Shown here piece by piece: positions 32,697-43,970 of a stretch of DNA of 64,000 bases. Source of the DNA: an uncultured Methanosarcinales archaeon (GTDB taxonomy: Archaea; Halobacteriota; Methanosarcinia; Methanotrichales; Methanotrichaceae); contig CAWJKV010000005.1 in the NCBI GenBank assembly GCA_963843555.1, positions 64,001-128,000 on the forward strand. The letters are read 5' to 3'. Each line of letters starts with the position of its first letter. The first letter of the stretch is position 1. Position numbers and translations under genes: made by a program. The notes beneath the pieces are model-generated. The model was not told the DNA's origin. It searched no databases and saw only the letters and a program-made list of their open reading frames with translations.

Positions 32697-35273
32697 TCAT
32701 CTTCGCACCAGCACTGTGGCGACTTCCAGATTCAGGATATCAACCGCTTCACCTGCAGAAAGAGTCTCTACCTCGACCTCTGCGGCCTCTGGTGGAAGCT
32801 CAATGATCTCCCCCTCCAGCTCGACCCGGATCTGCCCGGCAGCCTTCTGGCTGGCAACGAGACCCGGCTCCATGAGGCTTATGGCTCTTATGATCTTATG
32901 GCTCTTATCCTTGAACCGGGGTCCGATGATCTTCATCTGTGGCTTGACGGACACGGGCTTCGTCTCGATCATGGGGTCTCCCGTTCTGCTCTCAACCGGA
33001 GAATTGGCCACGCCCATAAGATCGAAGGTCTCCAGGGCAGACTCCGAATACACTACTATCCCCGGCAGAGGCGAATTTAGAGCCATCCCTTTTTCGGCTT
33101 TGTAGCGACGAAGCGCTGCAGCAATCTCTTTTATGGCCCTCCCCGCAGGATCGATAGAGGTTTTGCTGACAGTTGGCCAGCTCTGCGTATGCACGCTCTC
33201 TCCCGTCAGGGAATGATAGATCTCCTCTGAGAGGAAGGGCGTGAAGGGTGCCATAAGCTTTGCAATCGTCTCCAGAGCCGTGTAAAGAGTATTTTGGGCG
33301 GCTCTCTTCTCTGGACCATCCGGGCCGTAAAGCCGGGCCTTGACCAATTCGATATAGTTGTCGGCCAGAATATCCCAGGCAAAGGCCCTTATGGCCTTCA
33401 TGGCCTCATCGAACTGGAAACCGTCCATGGCGATGGTGGCTTTGGCGATCAGCTGATCGAGCTCTCCCTGGAGCCAGCGGTCCACCTGCCCGGGATTAGC
33501 ATCTGCTCGGGCGATTAAAGGACGGGAGAAGCGAAAGATCGACCAGAGCTTCTGCTGGAATCTGCTGGCGGCAGTTATCTCCTTCCACTGGAACGGGATA
33601 TCGTTTCCAGGGCTGCCTCCAATGGCTGCCCACTGGCGAAGCGCATCTGCGCCATTGGTCTCGAAGACCTCCTCAGGACGGATGAAATTGTTCAGGGACT
33701 TGGACATCTTGTGACCATCTTCACCCAGAGCCATGCCATTGATGAGAATGGAGTCCCAGGGCTTGACCCCTTCCAGGGATTTCGTCCTCAAGATGGTATA
33801 GAAGGCCCAGGTGCGAATGATGTCATGGCCCTGCGGTCGAAGCTGGGTAGGCATGCGCATGTCTTTCCGATCGGGCCAGCCGGCCACGGCAAGAGCCGAG
33901 ATGGAGCTGTCCATCCAGGTGTCCAGGACATCCTGCTCTGGAATGAAATCGTCACTGCCGCACTTGCATTTTACAGGAGGACGGGTCTGGTTGGGGTCCA
34001 GAGGAAGCCATTTTTCGTCGGCTACCAGGACCCGATGGCAATCACGGCAATACCAGACGGGTATCGGGGTGGCAAATATCCTCTGGCGGGAGATGCACCA
34101 ATCCCATTCCATGGAGTCGGCCCAGTTATCAAGCCGGACCCTCATATGGGGAGGTACCCACTCGATCTCCTCTGCCGTCTTCTTAATCTCCTCGGAGTTG
34201 ATCCGGACAAACCACTGCTGCTCGGAGAGGATCTCAATAGGCGTCTTGCATCGCCAGCAAAGGCCCACATTCTGTTCCAGAGGCTCCTCTTTGAAGATGA
34301 TTCCCGAACCCTGCAGATCCTCGGTTATCCTTTTCTTGGTCTCATCTACGGAGAGCCCTCTGTATGGCCCGGCTATATCCGTCAGCCTGCCGCTGCGGTC
34401 TATGGCCTGACGGAGCGGGAGATGATGCTCCATCCACCATCTTACATCCTGCTTATCTCCAAAGGTGCAGATCATGACAAATCCGGTGCCAAAGCTTGAG
34501 TCAACGACCGGGTCGGAGATCACAGGAACGTCGTAGTCGAATATGGGAACCCTGACGGTCTTGCCGATGAATTTTTGATAACGCTCATCTTCGGGATGCA
34601 CAGCTACGGCAACGCAGGCGGGCAGGAGCTCCGGCCGCGAGGTAGCGATCTCGATATGGCCTTCTTCGGCTTTGAAGCGCATGTAGTTCAGAGTTGAGGT
34701 GCGGGAATCGTATTCCACTTCGGCAAGGGCTATGGCCGTACCGCAACGAGGGCACCAATTTACCGGGTGCTCTTCACGGTAGATCTGGCCTTTCTCGTAC
34801 ATGCGCACGAAGGAGGTTTGCGTCTTGACATAGTACTCCGGCTTCATGGTGGCGTACTCATTGGACCAGTCTATGGACAGGCCCAAACGGCCCATGGACT
34901 GATGGAAACGAAGGATTGCCTCATCAGTCAGCTTTTCACAGAGCCTTCGAAATTCCTCTCTCGGGACCTGGTTCTTGGTGATGTGGTTTAATTGCTCCAC
35001 CTTCACCTCTGTGGGAAGGCCGTGGCAGTCCCAGCCCTGAGGGAACATTACATTGTAGCCTTGCATGCGCTTGTAGCGAGCCACGAAATCTATGTAGCAC
35101 CAGTTGAGAGCGTTGCCGATGTGGAAGTTTCCCGTGGGATAAGGCGGGGGAGTGTCTATGATGTACTGCGGCTTCGTTGAGGCCCAGTCAAAGTAGTAGA
35201 TTGAACTGTCCCAGCTTTGCACCCACTTCTCTTCTACCTGCCTAAAGTTGTACTCCTTGGAGAGCTCGCTCAT
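32697..35273 (-). CDS. valS: Valine--tRNA ligase
   Basis: PPPYPTGNFHIGN, GWDCHGLP, DWCISRQR, DTWMDSS, KMSKS. Confidence 0.97.
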   Translation of the reverse strand: MSELSKEYNFRQVEEKWVQSWDSSIYYFDWASTKPQYIIDTPPPYPTGNFHIGNALNWCYIDFVARYKRMQGYNVMFPQGWDCHGLPTEVKVEQLNHITKNQVPREEFRRLCEKLTDEAILRFHQSMGRLGLSIDWSNEYATMKPEYYVKTQTSFVRMYEKGQIYREEHPVNWCPRCGTAIALAEVEYDSRTSTLNYMRFKAEEGHIEIATSRPELLPACVAVAVHPEDERYQKFIGKTVRVPIFDYDVPVISDPVVDSSFGTGFVMICTFGDKQDVRWWMEHHLPLRQAIDRSGRLTDIAGPYRGLSVDETKKRITEDLQGSGIIFKEEPLEQNVGLCWRCKTPIEILSEQQWFVRINSEEIKKTAEEIEWVPPHMRVRLDNWADSMEWDWCISRQRIFATPIPVWYCRDCHRVLVADEKWLPLDPNQTRPPVKCKCGSDDFIPEQDVLDTWMDSSISALAVAGWPDRKDMRMPTQLRPQGHDIIRTWAFYTILRTKSLEGVKPWDSILINGMALGEDGHKMSKSLNNFIRPEEVFETNGADALRQWAAIGGSPGNDIPFQWKEITAASRFQQKLWSIFRFSRPLIARADANPGQVDRWLQGELDQLIAKATIAMDGFQFDEAMKAIRAFAWDILADNYIELVKARLYGPDGPEKRAAQNTLYTALETIAKLMAPFTPFLSEEIYHSLTGESVHTQSWPTVSKTSIDPAGRAIKEIAAALRRYKAEKGMALNSPLPGIVVYSESALETFDLMGVANSPVESRTGDPMIETKPVSVKPQMKIIGPRFKDKSHKIIRAISLMEPGLVASQKAAGQIRVELEGEIIELPPEAAEVEVETLSAGEAVDILNLEVATVLVRR

Positions 35274-35349
35274 CTGAAACTCCTGGCTTCTTGATTGCTA
35301 AGGGAGTTGAACACAATGTTAATAGGATTATCGGTAGACCATAGCCAGG

Positions 35350-35841
35350 ATGGAACTCCTAATTTACCACGCCAATCAATGCGACCCCAAGAAATGCTCG
35401 GGAAAAAAGCTGGCCCGCTTCGAGCTGGTTCGAATGACCCGGCATATAAACCAGCTCAGGTCTTTCCTGGTTCTCAGCCCCTTCTCGGAAAAAGCGCTCT
35501 CACCGGAAGATAAGGGAACCAGAGGGCTTGCCGCCCTGGATTGCAGCTGGGCCCATGCTGAGGAAGTCTTCTCGCGCGTCCGGCTTCAGGAGAGGGCGCT
35601 GCCATTTCTTGTGGCGGCCAATCCCGTGAACTATGGGAAGCCGTTCAAGCTCTCCACTGTAGAAGCCCTGGCAGCGGGGTTGGTCATCCTGGGAGAACGG
35701 GGCCTGGCGGAGTTGATACTCTCCAAGTTCAATTGGGGGCATGTATTCCTGGAGCTCAACCGCGAACCCCTCGCGGAGTATGCTGCTGCCAGGGACTCGG
35801 CTGAGGTGGTCAGGATTCAAGCAGCATATCTATCGGAATAA
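35350..35841 (+). CDS. tsr3: 16S rRNA aminocarboxypropyltransferase (DUF367)
   Basis: CDPKKCSGKKL, LDCSW, LPFLVAANPVNYG, FNWGH. Confidence 0.93.
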   Translation: MELLIYHANQCDPKKCSGKKLARFELVRMTRHINQLRSFLVLSPFSEKALSPEDKGTRGLAALDCSWAHAEEVFSRVRLQERALPFLVAANPVNYGKPFKLSTVEALAAGLVILGERGLAELILSKFNWGHVFLELNREPLAEYAAARDSAEVVRIQAAYLSE

Positions 35842-35881
35842 ATATAAGCTGCCACTGCATATTATTTCATGGTGTTTTGAA

Positions 35882-36382
35882 ATGGCAGGATTGATCCCGG
35901 CAGATGAACTGAGAAAGCTGCAGAAGAGGATGAACAGGCTCATAGAAGAACTGGGGCTGGGGGAGCTCGAGTCCAGGTATATCGAGGAGATGGAGCGCAT
36001 GCAAAAACGCATGAGCGATCTTATGGAAGACGTGGAGAGTAAGGAAGAAGAAGAGGGCGTGGCAAAACCGCTGGCTGATGTCCTTGAGACTGAAGAGGCA
36101 ATAATTGTAACTATGGACATGCCTGGAGTGGACAAACAGGACGTTGATATCACTATCCTGGAAGACGAATTGCGTGTGGTGGCCGAGAGGAAGCGAGGAG
36201 CAGAGGTGGCAGAGAAGGACTACCACAAACGTGAGCGCACTTCCAAGAAATTCGATCGCAAGGTGTTGCTGCCGGCAAGAGTCAAGATGGATGAGGCCAA
36301 GGCAAGCCTTGCGGAAGGCGTCTTAGAGGTCACACTCCCGAAAGCTGTGATCGTCTCCCGGAAGCGCATAGTCATTGACTGA
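35882..36382 (+). CDS. Hsp20/alpha-crystallin small heat shock protein
   Basis: PLADVLET, DMPGVDKQD, RER, GVLEVTLPK. Confidence 0.92.
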   Translation: MAGLIPADELRKLQKRMNRLIEELGLGELESRYIEEMERMQKRMSDLMEDVESKEEEEGVAKPLADVLETEEAIIVTMDMPGVDKQDVDITILEDELRVVAERKRGAEVAEKDYHKRERTSKKFDRKVLLPARVKMDEAKASLAEGVLEVTLPKAVIVSRKRIVID

Positions 36383-36384
36383 CT

Positions 36385-37593
36385 TTAAGGCCCCTCATTT
36401 TGGAGAAGGAGATGGTGCATCTTGTCCCTCTTCGTCTCCAGATATCTTCTATTGATGCTATTGGGCTCTATCTCCAGCGGCACGCGCTCCACGATCTTGA
36501 GTCCATAGCCTTCCAGACCGATTACTTTGCGCGGATTGTTGGTCAAGAGCCGAATCTCTTTTATGCCCAGATCGACCAGGATCTGGGCGCCAATGCCGTA
36601 GTCTCTGAGGTCTGCAGCATAGCCCAATTCGTTATTGGCCTCAACGGTATCTGAGCCCGTATCCTGCAGGGCATAGGCGCGAAGCTTATTGGCAAGGCCT
36701 ATTCCTCTTCCCTCCTGGCGCATGTAGAGAAGAACTCCATTTCCCCTCTCGCTGATGAGCCGCATGGCCTGCCGGAGCTGTTCTCCGCAGTCGCAGCGCT
36801 TTGATGCGAATACGTCGCCTGTCAGGCACTCCGAATGAACGCGCACTAACGCCTCGTCACTTGCAGGGTTCCCGGCGACAAGGGCGATATGGCACTGTCC
36901 ATCCAGAATGGACTCGTAGCCAATGGCTTTGAAGTCACCGTACTCTGTAGGCATGCTCACAACCGACACCCTGCGTATCAGCTTCTCGCACTGCATGCGA
37001 TGGCGGATCAGTGCCTCAATGGTCACCATTCTGATGCCGTGCTCTTTTGCAAAACATTCCAGCTCAGGCAACCGGGCCATGGTGCCGTCATCGTTCATGA
37101 TCTCGACAATGACTCCGGCAGGCTCGAGTCCCGCCAGACGGGCCAGGTCGACGCAGGCTTCCGTGTGTCCTGTACGCTGCAAGACACCACCCTCTTTGGC
37201 CTGCAGAGGAAATAGATGGCCGGGGGTGACAATATCGGTCCGCTTCGTCTCCGGAGCGATTAAAATATGTACCGTTGTCGATCGATCGAAAGCGGATATG
37301 CCTGTGGTGGTATTGGCTCTGGCATCCACGGATACCGTAAAGGCCGTGCCCATGGACTCCGTGTTCTGGTTGGTCATGAGCGGGAGGCCGAGCTCGCGGA
37401 GGCGCATGGCTGTCATGGGCATGCAGATCAGGCCGCGACCAAAGCGAGCCATGAAGTTGATGGCTTCAGGAGTAACCATCCTTGCTGCCATCATCAGGTC
37501 GCCCTCATTCTCCCGGTTCTCGTCGTCCAATATTATTATAAAACGACCCGACCGGACATCCTGGATCGCTTCTTCCACGCTGCAAAATGGCAT
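36385..37593 (-). CDS. ribBA: Bifunctional DHBP synthase / GTP cyclohydrolase II
   Basis: [50 protein letters not shown]. Confidence 0.95.
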   Translation of the reverse strand: MPFCSVEEAIQDVRSGRFIIILDDENRENEGDLMMAARMVTPEAINFMARFGRGLICMPMTAMRLRELGLPLMTNQNTESMGTAFTVSVDARANTTTGISAFDRSTTVHILIAPETKRTDIVTPGHLFPLQAKEGGVLQRTGHTEACVDLARLAGLEPAGVIVEIMNDDGTMARLPELECFAKEHGIRMVTIEALIRHRMQCEKLIRRVSVVSMPTEYGDFKAIGYESILDGQCHIALVAGNPASDEALVRVHSECLTGDVFASKRCDCGEQLRQAMRLISERGNGVLLYMRQEGRGIGLANKLRAYALQDTGSDTVEANNELGYAADLRDYGIGAQILVDLGIKEIRLLTNNPRKVIGLEGYGLKIVERVPLEIEPNSINRRYLETKRDKMHHLLLQNEGP

Positions 37594-37633
37594 AGAAGAT
37601 GAAATCGCAACTGTCAGATACTTAAGAGTTTTG

Positions 37634-38651
37634 TCAGGACCAGACTCCCGGCAGAGCTGTGCCGCATTTGCCGCAATGCCCTTCCACAAGGGAATTTTTC
37701 GTGACCCTATATCCCTGCCGCCTGATTAGCACCTCTTTGCAGTTGGAGCAAAGAGTATCCTCGCTCTCGCCAGGAATGTTGCCCGCATAAACGTACTTAA
37801 GACCTGCCTTGCGACCGATCTCCAGGGCCAGTACGAAGAGATTCGATTCCGGCAGCGGGCACATTCAGCATCTTATGCATGGGATAAAAGGCAGAGACGT
37901 GCCAGGGCATATCAGGGCTCACGCCTGCCAGAAATTCGGCAAGGCCCGTAAGCATTTGCAGAGAATCGTTATAACCGGGAATGATGAGAGTAGTAACCTC
38001 CACCCAAACGCCTTCTTTCCAGAATTTCTCGATATTATGCTGAACCGGCTCGAGTTTTGCTCCGCAGACCTTGCGATAGAATTGATCATCTCCCTTCAGG
38101 TCTATGTTTATGCCATCAAGAACGGGAATGATCTTCTGCCCGGCCTCCTCGCCTATGTAGCCGTTACTGACAAAGACATTGCGGAGGCCGCCCTCGCGGG
38201 CCAAACTCGCCACATCAAAGGCGTACTCGAAGAAGATGGTGGGCTCAGAGTAAGTATAAGCTATGGACTGGCAGCCTTCGGCTCTGGCTGCAGCAACCAC
38301 CTCTTCCGGAGATACGAATGAACCGGGTATCTGCCCTGTTTCCCTGGGAAGCTGGGAGATGTCTGCATTCTGGCAATGCAGGCAGGTGAAGTTGCAGCCC
38401 ACAGTAGCTATGGAATAGGCCAGGCTTCCTGGCAGAAAATGGAAGAACGGCTTCTTCTCAATAGGATCTCTGTTGGCGGCTATGAGGTTTCCGTAAACCA
38501 GAGTCAATAGCTTTCCATTCTGGTTCTCTCGCACGTCGCATAGTCCCCTCTTGCCGGGGCGAATGCGACACTGCTGATAGCAGAGGCTGCACTTTACTGC
38601 CCCCTCCTGAGCTTCCCAGAACTGGGCCTCTCGAGTGCTCTCTATGGACAT
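37634..38651 (-). CDS. AmmeMemoRadiSam-system radical SAM enzyme (frameshift near 37830)
   Basis: [33 protein letters not shown]-terminal CxxC..CxxC. Confidence 0.88.
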
Positions 38652-38832
38652 AATATCACCACACAATAGGACTTATCTCTCGCATTGTATATGCAGCTAA
38701 TGGATGTAATACTTTTGCAGACCGTCTTGCGAGCTATAATCGAGAATCCGATCTCTTTCAGAGCAGGGAAATTTTATATAAGATGTTTTTTTCTGCAAGA
38801 GAGAAGGAAAAGTACAAAGAATAGTAGGGTAT

Positions 38833-38871
38833 AAAAAAAGAGATAGTTCTGGAGAGCCGAAGCCCTCCAGC
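38833..38871 (-). terminator. Hairpin plus T-run downstream of the S-layer gene
   Basis: CTGGAG-agccgaagcc-CTCCAG followed on the minus strand by a T-tract. Confidence 0.55.
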
Positions 38872-38880
38872 TATTTGATC

Positions 38881-41085
38881 TTACTCTCTTCTGTTCAGTA
38901 CCAGGTAGGCTACTGCCAGAAGGCCGGTTAAGGCGAATACGCTGCCAAATCCGGGTGTTTCATTTGTCGCTGGTGCAGGGGTCTCGGCAGCAGCAGGGGC
39001 TGGCTCAGCCTCGGCTTTGGCTGCGGACACGTTCTCCGCGGCTGCGGCCTCAGCGGCCTTGGCTGCGGACACGTTCTCAGTGGCTGCGGCTTCAGCTGCC
39101 TTGGCTGCGGACACGTTCTCAGTGGCTGCGGCTTCAGCGGCCTTGGCTGCGGTTACGTTCTCTGCAGCTGCGCCCTCGATGGTTACTGGCTTGTAGATGT
39201 AGAACCTGAGAGTGTCATTGTCTGCGGTCTTGATGCTGACGCCAGGCATAAGCTCAGTGTCCTTGTTCTTGCTCAGCGTTACAGCGTTGTCCTTGTTATC
39301 CATGGTGATGGTGCCAGCGTTGGCATCAACGGACCTGATGGTCATCTTGCCATACTGTGTGTCAGCCTTGACCTCAGCGGGTGTGTCAGAGATCTGCCAG
39401 ATGCCGTCGATAGAGGCCAGGTTAGCATCAGCACCGCGGAAGGCATTCTTGAAGTGGACACCGATGGTCACAAGCTTCTTCTGATCGCCTACAGCGGGAT
39501 TCTTGTAGTAGTAGGTCTTGTCGGTTTCAGTCGCGCCGTCCTTGGATGGGGATATGACCTTGGAGTCAACGACCTGTCCATCCTTGGTCAGCTCCAGGTA
39601 GACCTTGTTGCCGTCAATGTCGATGGATTTGATAGCGAGCTCGTAGCCTTGTTCCAGCTTCAAGGGTGTGCCGGATGTGACAGTCATCTCATCTTTACTA
39701 TCAATCAGGATCTGTTCAAGCTGTTCGCTTGAGAGCGAATTCTTGTCCGTGGACTCAGAATAGAACAGATTCGAAGCCGCATCTTCGCCTGGATTGTATC
39801 CGGCGAAGTACGGTTCAGCACCGAAGCCGATAACCTTGTAGCTACCCCAGATAGCGCGCTCATATGCCTTGTCCTGGGTGGTGGTGAGGTATGTAGCACC
39901 GTAGGGCGAATCGCCGCTGAGCTTGTTATCTTCAGTGAGAACGAATTGGAGGTTCTCATTGCCGAGATCCTTCTTTATGTCGTAGTAGAAGCCGGCAAAG
40001 GTCTGTGGATTCCAGGTGAAGCTGTTGCCATCAACCAGATTGCTCGCTCCACTAACCGTGCCTGCAACTGCGCCTCTTACCTGAACTTCTCCGGGCTCAG
40101 TTATCAGCTTGTATATGTAGAACCGGAGTGTGTCATTGTCGGCAGTCCTGATATTAATACCGCCGGCCAGAGTTGTATCCTTGTTCTTGCTCAGTGTTAT
40201 GGCGTTATCCTTATTGTCCATGGTGATGGTGCCGGCGTTGGCATCAACAGACCTGATGGTCAACTTTTCATACTGAGTATCTGCCTTGACATCAGTGGGT
40301 GTGTCAGAGATCTGCCAGGTGCCGTCGACGGTAGCCAAATTCTGATCAGCGCCGCGGAAGGCATTCTTGAAGTGGACACCGATGGTCACAAGCTTCTTCT
40401 GATCGCCTACAGCGGGATTCTTGTAATAGTATGTCTTGTCGGCCTCAGTCGCGTCAGTCTTGGATGGGGATATGACCTTGGAGTCGACGACCTGTCCATC
40501 CTTAGTCAGCTCCAGATAGACCTTGTTGCCGTCAATGTCGATGGATTTGATGGCGAGATCGTAGCCCTCTTTGAGCTTCAAGGGTGTGCCGGATGTGAGA
40601 GTCATCTCTGTGTCGTCATCAATGAGAACCTTCTCGAGCTGCTCGCTTGAGAGCGAGTTCTTATCGGTAGACTCAGAGTAGAATAGATTCGAAGCCACAT
40701 CTTCGCCCGGGTTGTATCCGGCGAAGTACGGATCAGCACCGAAGCCGATTATCTTGTAGCTTCCCCAGGGTTCGAACTCAAAGTCCTTGTTCTGGGCGGT
40801 GCTTGTGTATTTAATGCCGTAAGGCGAATCGCCACTAAGTTTGTTACCCTCGGTGAGATCAAACTTCATGGTCTCCGTGCCTATGTCTTTCTTTATGTCG
40901 TAGTAGAAGCCGGCGAAGTTCTGCGGATTCCAGGTGAAGCTGTTGCCATCAACCAGATTGCTCTGGCCATTTATTGTTCCGGCAACCGCTCCCCGGACCT
41001 CCACACTGGGAACTGCACCGACTACCATCGCTGTTGCCAGTAACAGCATCATCGATGTAAGTGTAATTGCAGCCAATTTCTTCAT
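38881..41085 (-). CDS. Major S-layer protein, two tandem DUF1608-type domains, PGF-CTERM anchor
   Basis: WNPQNFAGFYYDI twice, KSIDIDGNKVYLEL twice, TPGF+TM+RR tail, strong RBS GGAGG. Confidence 0.92.
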   Translation of the reverse strand: MKKLAAITLTSMMLLLATAMVVGAVPSVEVRGAVAGTINGQSNLVDGNSFTWNPQNFAGFYYDIKKDIGTETMKFDLTEGNKLSGDSPYGIKYTSTAQNKDFEFEPWGSYKIIGFGADPYFAGYNPGEDVASNLFYSESTDKNSLSSEQLEKVLIDDDTEMTLTSGTPLKLKEGYDLAIKSIDIDGNKVYLELTKDGQVVDSKVISPSKTDATEADKTYYYKNPAVGDQKKLVTIGVHFKNAFRGADQNLATVDGTWQISDTPTDVKADTQYEKLTIRSVDANAGTITMDNKDNAITLSKNKDTTLAGGINIRTADNDTLRFYIYKLITEPGEVQVRGAVAGTVSGASNLVDGNSFTWNPQTFAGFYYDIKKDLGNENLQFVLTEDNKLSGDSPYGATYLTTTQDKAYERAIWGSYKVIGFGAEPYFAGYNPGEDAASNLFYSESTDKNSLSSEQLEQILIDSKDEMTVTSGTPLKLEQGYELAIKSIDIDGNKVYLELTKDGQVVDSKVISPSKDGATETDKTYYYKNPAVGDQKKLVTIGVHFKNAFRGADANLASIDGIWQISDTPAEVKADTQYGKMTIRSVDANAGTITMDNKDNAVTLSKNKDTELMPGVSIKTADNDTLRFYIYKPVTIEGAAAENVTAAKAAEAAATENVSAAKAAEAAATENVSAAKAAEAAAAENVSAAKAEAEPAPAAAETPAPATNETPGFGSVFALTGLLAVAYLVLNRRE
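39019..39162 (-). repeat. 42-bp tandem repeat (~3.4 copies) encoding ENV(S/T)AAKAAEAAA(T/A)
   Basis: Units start at 39019, 39061, 39103 and 39145. Confidence 0.9.
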
Positions 41086-41620
41086 CTTTTAACCTCCTAT
41101 TTTCCCTTTCCGATCACTTTCAGCAGCATACAGTCTGATTATTCTTAAAACTATTGCCTGAATAACGTCTTCGATCGCCATGCTACATATTGTGGCACGT
41201 CCATTTCCAGCACTGCCATCGCTGCCTGGCGTCTCTCTGACATATGTATAGCTACGTCACCCTCCTAATCCCATAAGGGACTATAGGGTAGTGATAGAGT
41301 ATTTCCCTATTATATCTTTTTTGGTCACTAGTAGCAGCTTGGTACTGGTCTTTCCCACCCAGAGCTATCGTCGACCAAAGAGCTTTACAAGGCTCAGGGC
41401 TGCATTTGTCATACCTGCTTAAAAGCCTATTCTTCGCCCGAGGCAATAAGGACTGATAGAAAACCGGTGAAGGACAGGTCGAATGAGATTTCATATCATT
41501 TGAGACTGCGGGGGCAAACATCCAGAGGCAAGTCTCCTTGTGGCTGCATAATCCGGCAAAGCACTCTGCGTTGTGACAAGAGGAAAACAGTTTTACGAGA
41601 GGCGATATGATCTCAAAAGC

Positions 41621-42658
41621 ATGAAAAGATTCGGCCTTGTTTATCATCCTATTTATCTTCAGCACGAAACCGGGGGGCATCCGGAGAAGAAAGAACGCTT
41701 GACCGCGATCCTGGAAAGAATCAATTCTGAGAAACTAGATGTTGAATATATAACACCCCGGGCCGCGACCATCGATCAGGTTGCAGCGGTACACACACGA
41801 AGGTATATCGATCAGGTGAAAGCCATCTCCCAGAATGGCGGCGGCTATCTGGATATCGATACTATTCTCTCTCAGCACTCATATGACGCCGCCTTGATGG
41901 CGGCGGGCGGAGCCGTGACGGCAGTGGAGGCTGCGATCAACGGCTATGATGGCGCCTTTGCTCTGGTCAGGCCGCCCGGACACCATGCCATGCCGGACCG
42001 CGGCATGGGATTTTGCGTCTTCAACAATGTGGCCATAGCCGCGAAGCATGCTCAAGCTCTGGGTCTAAAAAAAGTGCTCATAGTGGACTGGGATGTGCAC
42101 CATGGCAACGGCACCAATGCCATATTCTATTCTGACAGGTCGGTACTGTACTTCTCCACGCACCAGCATCCTCATTATCCGGGCACAGGAAGGATAAATG
42201 AGGTCGGAGAAGGTGGTGCAGAAGGCACCAAGGTAAATGTGCCCCTGCCCTCAGGAACGGGTGACGAGGGCTACCTAATGGCATACAGGGAGATCTTAAA
42301 ACCCATAGCGCACGAATTTAAGCCGGACATAGTCCTGGTCTCGGCCGGCCAGGATCCACATCGAGACGACCCCCTGGGTGGAATGTGCCTAACAGCGGCG
42401 GGTTTTGGCGCCATCGCCGGCGTGGTGAAAGATGTAGCTAATGCTTGCTGCCAGGGAAGACTGGCCGCTGTCTTGGAAGGCGGCTACAACCTCCTGGCGC
42501 AGGGCGACGCGATTGTAGCCGAGATAGAAGCATTTCAGGGAGCTCTGCCCAATGTAGAAGGCTTTGACCCCAGGGTCGTCAGGCGAATTGAGGAGGTCAA
42601 GAATGTTCAAGAAGCCTACTGGAGCAGCTTGCGCAAGTCAGCCGGAGCGGGACCATAG
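41621..42658 (+). CDS. Histone deacetylase family (class II-like) protein
   Basis: HPEKKERL, RPPGHHA, GFCVFNN, DWDVHHGNGT, SAGQD, LEGGY. Confidence 0.93.
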   Translation: MKRFGLVYHPIYLQHETGGHPEKKERLTAILERINSEKLDVEYITPRAATIDQVAAVHTRRYIDQVKAISQNGGGYLDIDTILSQHSYDAALMAAGGAVTAVEAAINGYDGAFALVRPPGHHAMPDRGMGFCVFNNVAIAAKHAQALGLKKVLIVDWDVHHGNGTNAIFYSDRSVLYFSTHQHPHYPGTGRINEVGEGGAEGTKVNVPLPSGTGDEGYLMAYREILKPIAHEFKPDIVLVSAGQDPHRDDPLGGMCLTAAGFGAIAGVVKDVANACCQGRLAAVLEGGYNLLAQGDAIVAEIEAFQGALPNVEGFDPRVVRRIEEVKNVQEAYWSSLRKSAGAGP

Positions 42659-43957
42659 CCTGAAAGTAATGTGCCAGAAAGATCCGGAAGCCGTCGTCTC
42701 TTATTTCAAGCATCTCCGGGCCCACATATATGTTGTGTTCACTACGAATGGCGAGGGAGAGATGCTTGCCCAGGGAGAGGTTTCCCATCTCTGCCGCCAG
42801 AAGATCCCACGCCAGAGTATATTTTCGCAGCTCCTCCACCACAACTTTGCCGTCTTGCTATGTAGGGGCCGGATAGAGGATGAGGGTGCGCGGCCAGGAA
42901 GCGGGCGGTGTGATCCGCCTCCCAGACAGGTGGACCCATGCGGCAGCTTGCCTTCGCGAGCTCCCAGACCTCCATTTCAAAGAGCATCACAGCCCGGTCA
43001 CGATACGCCGCGACATCGCTGCGCAAGACCCGGAAGCCGTTTCTCTCCAATAACGCTTTTATGGATTCTTCAGCTTTGCGCAGCTGTGGATAGAGGATAT
43101 CCTCTACCACCGCGGGAGCGGGGAGCTCCAGGAGGATCAGCTTTGTTCCCCGCATCGTTTATCAGGGCCTGCGATCTCCTCATCGGACAGAGGGCCTGGG
43201 CTTCTGGGGAAAGAAGAAATCAAGGCCCGGTTCTTTCAGAAATGCGTTGCGATACAGCTGCAAACTGGAGCATCTTATCCAGGGTTAATGCGGCTGCCAC
43301 ATTTCTATTCGGATCTACCGGATCCACAACAACCAGTGGCTCTTCATGCGTCTTTTTGCCCTTCCCTTCCAGGTCGATGTACGTTCCTGGCCTCCAGGAA
43401 GACGCTCCCTGGAGGACGCAGGAAAAGGAGCCATAGCATAGAACGAGCAATTCAGCCAGGTAACCGGAAAAGCCACCCACCTTCAACTCCGAGCCGTAGA
43501 CGTCTATGCCCTTCATGAACTGCTTGAGGAGGAGGACATCGTCCTCCCGACCGGCGACCGCTGCGCTGACATATCGGGTGTGAAAGGGGGTCCGATCCAC
43601 AGCCGATCTCAGCTGGGAGGCGTCCTCTACCAGATAGCATGGAACCAGGTCGACATCGAAGCCGTCCACCTGGGCATGAACATACGGATGCTCTGCATAT
43701 TTCTCCTCGTGATCAAAGGCGACAAGCCTTGCCACCTCCAGAGCAGCGAAAAGATCTCCCTCCGGGGGCACCCCCAAAAATATGTCCAGGTCGTGATCCT
43801 GGGCCAGCCAGGTGTTTCTGGCCGCGGAGCCCACCAGCATGGGCTTCATGCTCAATTTGCGCTCTCTTGCCAGCCGATCTATGTGGTCGATGATGGCGTT
43901 TGAGGTCTCAATCAATCGTGCTCTTTCGGCAAGACTGGGCCGGACCCTCCTGAGCAC
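42597..43957 (-). CDS. cca: Archaeal class I CCA-adding enzyme (frameshifted twice)
   Basis: VGSAARNTWL..DHDLDIF, YAEHPY, SAVDRTPFH, GFSGYLAEL, DPVDPNRNVAAA, GPP. Confidence 0.92.
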
Positions 43958-43970
43958 CTCCTCCAGGACC

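Noticed and set aside
39019..39162. CRISPR array
   Set aside because: Contiguous in-frame coding repeats with no unique spacers; the same applies to 58871-59034
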